Origin: Erysipelothrix inopinata
GTDB lineage: Bacteria > Bacillota_I > Bacilli_A > Erysipelotrichales > Erysipelotrichaceae
Assembly (NCBI RefSeq): GCF_014396165.1
Contig: NZ_CP060715.1
Coordinates: 1,620,001 to 1,652,000 of the forward strand
Length of the DNA: 32,000 bases
Direction of reading: 5' to 3'
Part shown: positions 27,026 through 32,000 of the stretch, piece by piece
Position numbering within the stretch: position 1 is the first letter of the stretch
How the letters are laid out: each line of letters begins with the position of its first letter
Position numbers and translations under genes: made by a program
Notes under the pieces: model-generated
The model's database searches: none
Seen by the model: only the letters and a program-made list of their open reading frames with translations
Told to the model about the DNA's origin: nothing

Positions 27026-28846
27026 TTAAGCTTCTTTCATTATTGTTATTAATGCATTAATAAGTTGATTGTTTTCTTCAGGTCGTTTCACTGCAACTCT
27101 TAGGTATTCACCTTCAAATCCTGATTTAGGCGAAAGGTCCTTGATAAATACGTCATAATCAGCAAGAAGTCGTTCGGTAACATAACGTGCAGTTTTGCCA
27201 TTTTGAATCTTCAACATAATATAGTTTGCTTGCGATGGATACACTTTAATACCAGGTATTTTGCTTAAATTATAGACATACTCAGCTCTTACATTACGGA
27301 ATTTATCCATTGCAACTGCAAAATCCTTAGTGTATTTATCCACGATTTGCATGTAGTATTCGCCAAAGGAATTTATGTTCCAAATTGAAACATCTTTCTT
27401 AATGAAAGCGATTGTATCGCTATCCGATGTTGCTAAAATGCCAAGTCTAAATCCTGGTACACCATAAGATTTAGAAATACTTTTCACAAGATATAAATTC
27501 GGATATTTATCAAGAATATCCTCTTGTAAGAGGGTTCCGTGAGATTCAATACCAACAAAATCAATAAACGATTCATCAAGAATAAGTTTTATATCGTTTG
27601 TCGATGTCCAATCGAGGAGCCTTAAAACATCATCTTTTTTAATATAGTTTCCAGATGGATTATCAGGATTGATAAGAACCAAGTGATCGAGCTTTTTATC
27701 ATCAAAATAACTAATAATATCATCAGTATGATATTGGTAATCTAACTTCGATGTATCAAATTGAATCAAATTCAGATGTGGGCAACGATTTGGATATTCT
27801 TCGAAAGTAGGGGTAATAACACCCATGGTACCTTCAAGACTTTCCATTAATGATTTGATTAATTCTGCTGCGCCATTTCCAATTACGATTTGATTTTCCC
27901 TGAGTTTAAAATGCTTTGCTGCAAGAAGGGTATTTACGCCCATTCCTGAAGGATAATCGCATACCAAGCGTTCAAAGTTTGATTTGATTTCATCCAATAG
28001 TTTTTGATTGGGATAGAAGGGATTAACAAGGTAACAAAAATCGATAAGTGTGGGATATCTCCAGTAACCACCAAAGCGACGTTGCATTAATTCGAGTTTT
28101 CTTGTTATATCAGATGCAAACATCACTTGAGCAATGTCAAGATCTTGCTTATCATCAACTTCATACCAATTAATACCGTTGTTAACGACAGCTTTAAACT
28201 CAAAGTCGTCTGAATTAACGATGTACTTAAATGCACTTTCGTAGTAGCTGTTTACACCAACAGATTGCATATGTGCTTCTAAGAAGGGCATATAAACGTC
28301 TTGAATAAACTTTTTAGACAACTTATAGATATTTATTGTCTTATAGTAGCTTTCCTTTTGTAGGTAATTAAAGTCATTTTTACCAATAAAGTCAGTAATA
28401 TCATCATTTTCATCAATCTGAACGACTGTACCATCCATCCACGCTTTATACTTATCAACTAAAGCCGCATTTTCGTATGGGCTTGTTAGAATCAAATCTA
28501 AAAGGCGTTCATCAAAAATTAAATCCGACTCTAAAAGTAATGTGTCTTCTTCAACAAAATAGTCTTTAGCACACATCAAAGAGTAGATATTATTAGTTTT
28601 ATTATAAATTTCATTTGTAACAAAGTGAATCGGTGTTTTAATGCCCATATCAGTAATAAAGGCCTCAAGTGTATCGTTTTTGTATCCATCAACAATTACA
28701 ATTCGTGTGAAATCACGATGATCTAGTTGTTGTAACATTCTTTCAATCATAGAGACAGAATCTACTTCAACCATACATTTAGGTTGTGATTCTGTTAGAT
28801 TACCCAATCTTGAGCCGAGTCCAGCGGCGAGTATTAGTGCTTGCAT
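27026..28846 (-). CDS. Bifunctional LicC-type nucleotidyltransferase / class I-II PLP enzyme (HisC/CobD-like aminotransferase or decarboxylase)
   Basis: 606 aa with a GGAGG RBS. The N-terminus 'ALILAAGLGSRLGNLTESQPKCMV' is a canonical NTP-transferase loop. The C-terminus has 'LVNPFYP', 'INPDNPSG', 'LDESFIDF' and 'KSISKSYGVPGFRLG' (PLP lysine), as in HisC/CobD. Confidence 0.8.
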   Translation of the reverse strand: MQALILAAGLGSRLGNLTESQPKCMVEVDSVSMIERMLQQLDHRDFTRIVIVDGYKNDTLEAFITDMGIKTPIHFVTNEIYNKTNNIYSLMCAKDYFVEEDTLLLESDLIFDERLLDLILTSPYENAALVDKYKAWMDGTVVQIDENDDITDFIGKNDFNYLQKESYYKTINIYKLSKKFIQDVYMPFLEAHMQSVGVNSYYESAFKYIVNSDDFEFKAVVNNGINWYEVDDKQDLDIAQVMFASDITRKLELMQRRFGGYWRYPTLIDFCYLVNPFYPNQKLLDEIKSNFERLVCDYPSGMGVNTLLAAKHFKLRENQIVIGNGAAELIKSLMESLEGTMGVITPTFEEYPNRCPHLNLIQFDTSKLDYQYHTDDIISYFDDKKLDHLVLINPDNPSGNYIKKDDVLRLLDWTSTNDIKLILDESFIDFVGIESHGTLLQEDILDKYPNLYLVKSISKSYGVPGFRLGILATSDSDTIAFIKKDVSIWNINSFGEYYMQIVDKYTKDFAVAMDKFRNVRAEYVYNLSKIPGIKVYPSQANYIMLKIQNGKTARYVTERLLADYDVFIKDLSPKSGFEGEYLRVAVKRPEENNQLINALITIMKEA

Positions 28847-29198
28847 TATTTTTCCTCCATTGATAATTAAGTGTTCAATATTTATATTGTATCGATATAG
28901 TTGAACAAAGTAAAGTTACTGAAGGTATAAAAGTATGCAAATGATTGTTTAATCTCTTATAAATGCTATGTTATGGTTGAGTTTGTGTTTTTAGAGTCTT
29001 TATGTCATAAAGACTAATAGATCTTAACTGACGGATTGTCTAAGATTCTCAATATTAGTATTTCATATCTTACTTCGCATAATGTATATTATGTAATATT
29101 TTCAATTGTATATTAATATGGCTTGTTTGGCAAGTATTTTATCGTTTTTTAATTATTCCTCGTTTTATACATATTTAATGTTTTTTTTTTGATTAAAG

Positions 29199-29247
29199 TA
29201 AAAAAACAGAAGTAATGTCCCTTTTTTAAGGATACTATCACTTCTGT
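29199..29247 (-). terminator. Rho-independent terminator of sbcC
   Basis: On the minus strand: stem acagaagt...acttctgt with extended pairing, followed by a T-run (A-run 29199-29206 on the plus strand). Confidence 0.65.
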
Positions 29248-29278
29248 AATGAAAAACAATATACTGTGAACTAAGCCA

Positions 29279-32000
29279 CTAAGCTGTTTTCAGTTTAATA
29301 TCACTCCCAGATTGATCTTTAGTTACGATTATTTGCTGATCGATCTGGTTTTTTAAATCTTGTACGTGTGAGATAATCCCAACCATTTTAGTTGATCCAG
29401 CGAGATCGTTAAGAGCTCTCATCGCTTGATTCAAAGAGTTATCATCAAGTGTCCCAAAACCTTCGTCAATAAACATTGCATCCACGCTGACGACGCCTGA
29501 ATGTTCTTGGATGACATCAGAAAGTCCCAATGCAAGTGAAAGTGAAGCTTTAAAGGATTCCCCACCAGATAGTGATTTCACTGATCGAGATTTCCCGGTA
29601 TAGTTGTCAAAGACATCTAAGTCTAAGCCTGAACGACTCCCCTTGTTTGCTGCTTCTACTTGCCTGATTAGTTCATACTGTCCCTGTGACATGGTCTTCA
29701 AGCGCTTATTTGCAGCTTCGATTACAAATTCAAAATAGGCAGCTTGAACGTAATGTTCGAGTGAAATCTTATCTTTTCCTCGTAAGTTTCCGTTAGCAGT
29801 CTGCGATAACAATACAACTTCCTCATATTCTTTTTCAAGTACTTTCATAGTGACAATAAGATTTGTAATTTTTGTAAAATTATGTTCAATTGCATCAAGA
29901 GATTTACTGTTACTTTGAAGTTCTTTCTCACGCTGATTAATATCATTGATTAGTGAAGTAATTTGAATCTCTATATCTTGACTGGAAGGTAAAACCACTT
30001 CTTTGTTTCTTGTTTCGAGTTCTTGGATAGATTGTTGGTGTTGTTTTACAGAATCATGATAGGTTTTAATATATTCTTCTTCTACATCGAAATTATAGTC
30101 TTCTTTTCGATGTTGTATATACTCATCAAGTGTATTAATACCCGCATAATTCATCGCTTGAGTTAGGAGGTCATAATGACCATTTAGTTCAGTTTGACTC
30201 GTAGTTAAAGTTTCATTTAGGGTACCTCTCTGCCCTTCAACATGACTAATCTTCGCAACTAATTTTGTAAGTTCATTGTCATAATTTTCAGATTTACGGT
30301 CAAACTCAAACACTTGTTTTTGAAGGCCGTCAATTGTATTATTGGCTTCGTCCTTAGTTTTGTATTTCAGGATTTTGCGTTGGTTCTGAATTTGAGTATC
30401 TAACGACTCGAGACGTGCTATTTGAGTAGTTCTATCATCCAATAAAACTGAAAGGTTCTTTTCGAGTAGTTCCAATTTATCGGGACTATTTTCTAATTGT
30501 TTGACACTATTTTGATGTGCTATGTTCGAAGTAGTTATATCTTCAATAGTCTTTAAGTGGGCACCCTCCTGGATTTGTAATTGTTTTAGAAATTCTGTAA
30601 CTTCTTGTAATGAATGATACTTTAAGCGTTGGGTTTCAGTTTCAATTTTTGTCTTGATTTCCTGAATTAACAAGGTATCTTGACTAATTGTCTCACTAAG
30701 TTCGTTCTTTTTTCTAGCAAGACGGTCTAGACCCTCTTTACTTAATGTCTCATCTTCTATAGAAGCTGGATTAGGGTGTTCTAATGATCCGCAAACAGGA
30801 CATGGCGCATTATCTGTAAGCGAACTCGCAAGGATTCCAGCTTGTTGCCTGTAAAAATTGAGTTCATAATTGCCAAATTCATGATGAATTTCCTGAAGCT
30901 TCTGGCTGTTTTCATTGAATTTTTCTTGTAGAGGTTTGAGGTTTTCTTTAAGTTTTTGGATGTCACGATGGTGTGACACTTCTTGGATTAATGCTTCTTT
31001 TTGAGCCTGTATTTTTTCTAAGTCAAACTGATATTTTTGGAGACGTTCCCCTTCTTTATTTAAAGTGTCTTTTAAGGTATGAAAGGCTAGGATATCTTTT
31101 TTTGTGGACTCAATCTTTGTTTTGACTGTTTCAATCTCAATTTGTGTGTTTTTAGTTTTTACCTCGGAGTCATTGAATTGTTTTAATTGATCATCTAGAA
31201 TTGCATAGTCATTGATTTTATCTTGAATTTCTTTAATTTGGTTCTTGAGGTTTTGACTCTCTTGCTTGTAGCGATCATACTCAGGTTTCTGTTCTAATAA
31301 ACTCTGATGACGTTCATTTAACTCTTTAGTCGAATTCCCATTTTCTTCAAGTTTATTTTGATAGCTCTGAGTCCGCTGTAAAGCAGCCTCCCACGTTATA
31401 AAAGCGGGTTCAACGGTTTCTTTATACTGCTTACGTTTCTTAAAAACTGATTCACGTGTCGCAATCTCTTTACTTTGATTTAATAATACATCAAGGTTGT
31501 ACTTTTTCTGACGTAAAGAAGCTTTGTCTGCTTCAAAATACTGTGCTTTTGTAAGTGTTTTAACAAGCTCAGTGTGTTCTGCCCTTTTCTGGCTTAAATT
31601 GAGTGTCTCAACCTCAATATTTTTTTTGAGAGATTTAATATGGCTATCTACAAAGTCTAAAAAATCAACAAGGGGTAAATTTGCAACATCTTCTTGTACA
31701 AAATCGAAAGTATCTCGTTGATTACTGAGTTCCGCTTGAATCGTATCAAGTTGTGCTTTAACGCCGAGTTCTTTGTTCTTTAATTTGGTTTGTATCTGTT
31801 GATAGATCGTTGTATCAAATATTTTTTGAAAAATAAGTGACCGATCTTGAGAACTGGAATTTAAGAGTTTTAGGAATTCTCCTTGGGCTATCATAACAAT
31901 TTGTTTAAATTGATTTGCATCCATTCCTAGAATATCAATAATTTCAAGGTTTGTTTGCGTTAATGAATCATGGACTGTCCCGTCTGGTAGTGTAAGCTGA
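29279..32000 (-). CDS. sbcC: SbcC/Rad50-family exonuclease ATPase subunit; N-terminus outside window
   Basis: The frame stays open past the track's Met 31924 to the window edge (...QLTLPDGTVHDSLTQTNLEIIDILGMDANQFKQIVMIAQGEFLKLL). Long coiled coil, zinc hook 'CPVCGSLEHP', ABC signature 'LSGGESFKASLSLALGL' and Walker B 'MFIDEGFGTLD'. Confidence 0.85.
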   Translation of the reverse strand, partial: QLTLPDGTVHDSLTQTNLEIIDILGMDANQFKQIVMIAQGEFLKLLNSSSQDRSLIFQKIFDTTIYQQIQTKLKNKELGVKAQLDTIQAELSNQRDTFDFVQEDVANLPLVDFLDFVDSHIKSLKKNIEVETLNLSQKRAEHTELVKTLTKAQYFEADKASLRQKKYNLDVLLNQSKEIATRESVFKKRKQYKETVEPAFITWEAALQRTQSYQNKLEENGNSTKELNERHQSLLEQKPEYDRYKQESQNLKNQIKEIQDKINDYAILDDQLKQFNDSEVKTKNTQIEIETVKTKIESTKKDILAFHTLKDTLNKEGERLQKYQFDLEKIQAQKEALIQEVSHHRDIQKLKENLKPLQEKFNENSQKLQEIHHEFGNYELNFYRQQAGILASSLTDNAPCPVCGSLEHPNPASIEDETLSKEGLDRLARKKNELSETISQDTLLIQEIKTKIETETQRLKYHSLQEVTEFLKQLQIQEGAHLKTIEDITTSNIAHQNSVKQLENSPDKLELLEKNLSVLLDDRTTQIARLESLDTQIQNQRKILKYKTKDEANNTIDGLQKQVFEFDRKSENYDNELTKLVAKISHVEGQRGTLNETLTTSQTELNGHYDLLTQAMNYAGINTLDEYIQHRKEDYNFDVEEEYIKTYHDSVKQHQQSIQELETRNKEVVLPSSQDIEIQITSLINDINQREKELQSNSKSLDAIEHNFTKITNLIVTMKVLEKEYEEVVLLSQTANGNLRGKDKISLEHYVQAAYFEFVIEAANKRLKTMSQGQYELIRQVEAANKGSRSGLDLDVFDNYTGKSRSVKSLSGGESFKASLSLALGLSDVIQEHSGVVSVDAMFIDEGFGTLDDNSLNQAMRALNDLAGSTKMVGIISHVQDLKNQIDQQIIVTKDQSGSDIKLKTA

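Noticed and set aside
29279-32000. SbcC-like ATPase as part of an anti-phage defence system
   Set aside because: It has the full housekeeping SbcC layout: long coiled coil, CPxC zinc hook and ABC signature. There are no neighbouring defence genes in the window. Its sbcD partner is probably just beyond the edge.
1-32000. CRISPR arrays, tRNA/rRNA genes, IS elements, integrases, prophage or toxin-antitoxin modules
   Set aside because: I saw no spaced direct repeats, no transposase or integrase-like ORFs, no terminal inverted repeats and no structured RNA gene signatures on either strand.

Overview
Low-GC, Firmicutes-style segment: GGAGG ribosome-binding sites, many ATGA/TAATG overlaps between genes, and hairpin plus T-run terminators. 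An Erysipelotrichaceae/Erysipelothrix-like origin is only a guess. I saw no rRNA, tRNA, CRISPR array, transposase or phage genes. The window is mostly cell-envelope glycopolymer genes in five blocks. (1) 1-9650: a teichoic-acid/capsule-like operon with three GT4 glycosyltransferases, two EpsG-type polymerases, two LicD phosphotransferases, an LtaS-like enzyme and a small unlisted ORF. (2) 9660-15880: a frameshifted YidC-like gene and a 1028-aa TagF / membrane / alkaline-phosphatase fusion, followed by a BlaI/BlaR1-type pair. In that pair the sensor domain is an M23 peptidase rather than a penicillin-binding domain. Copies of one palindromic operator (ACTACA-N3-TGTAGT) sit on both promoters. 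(3) 15958-24060: a LicC-LicA-like fusion, the UPF0237/UPF0210 pair, a PaaI thioesterase, a secreted M23 peptidase with permuted motif order and four SH3b repeats, a LicA-like kinase overlapping eutH, and a DsrE-like protein. (4) 24124-25913: two tandem paralogous lipoproteins. (5) Minus strand: a cytidylyltransferase/PLP-enzyme fusion coupled to a DUF1015 protein, then a 5'-truncated sbcC. The best leads for new biology are the M56-M23 sensor with its shared operator, the TagF/AP-domain fusion, the permuted M23 enzyme, and the cytidylyltransferase-PLP/DUF1015 operon. That operon may make an activated phospho-amino-alcohol de novo for the LicD enzymes. All family calls come from motif recognition by eye and need HMM or BLAST confirmation.
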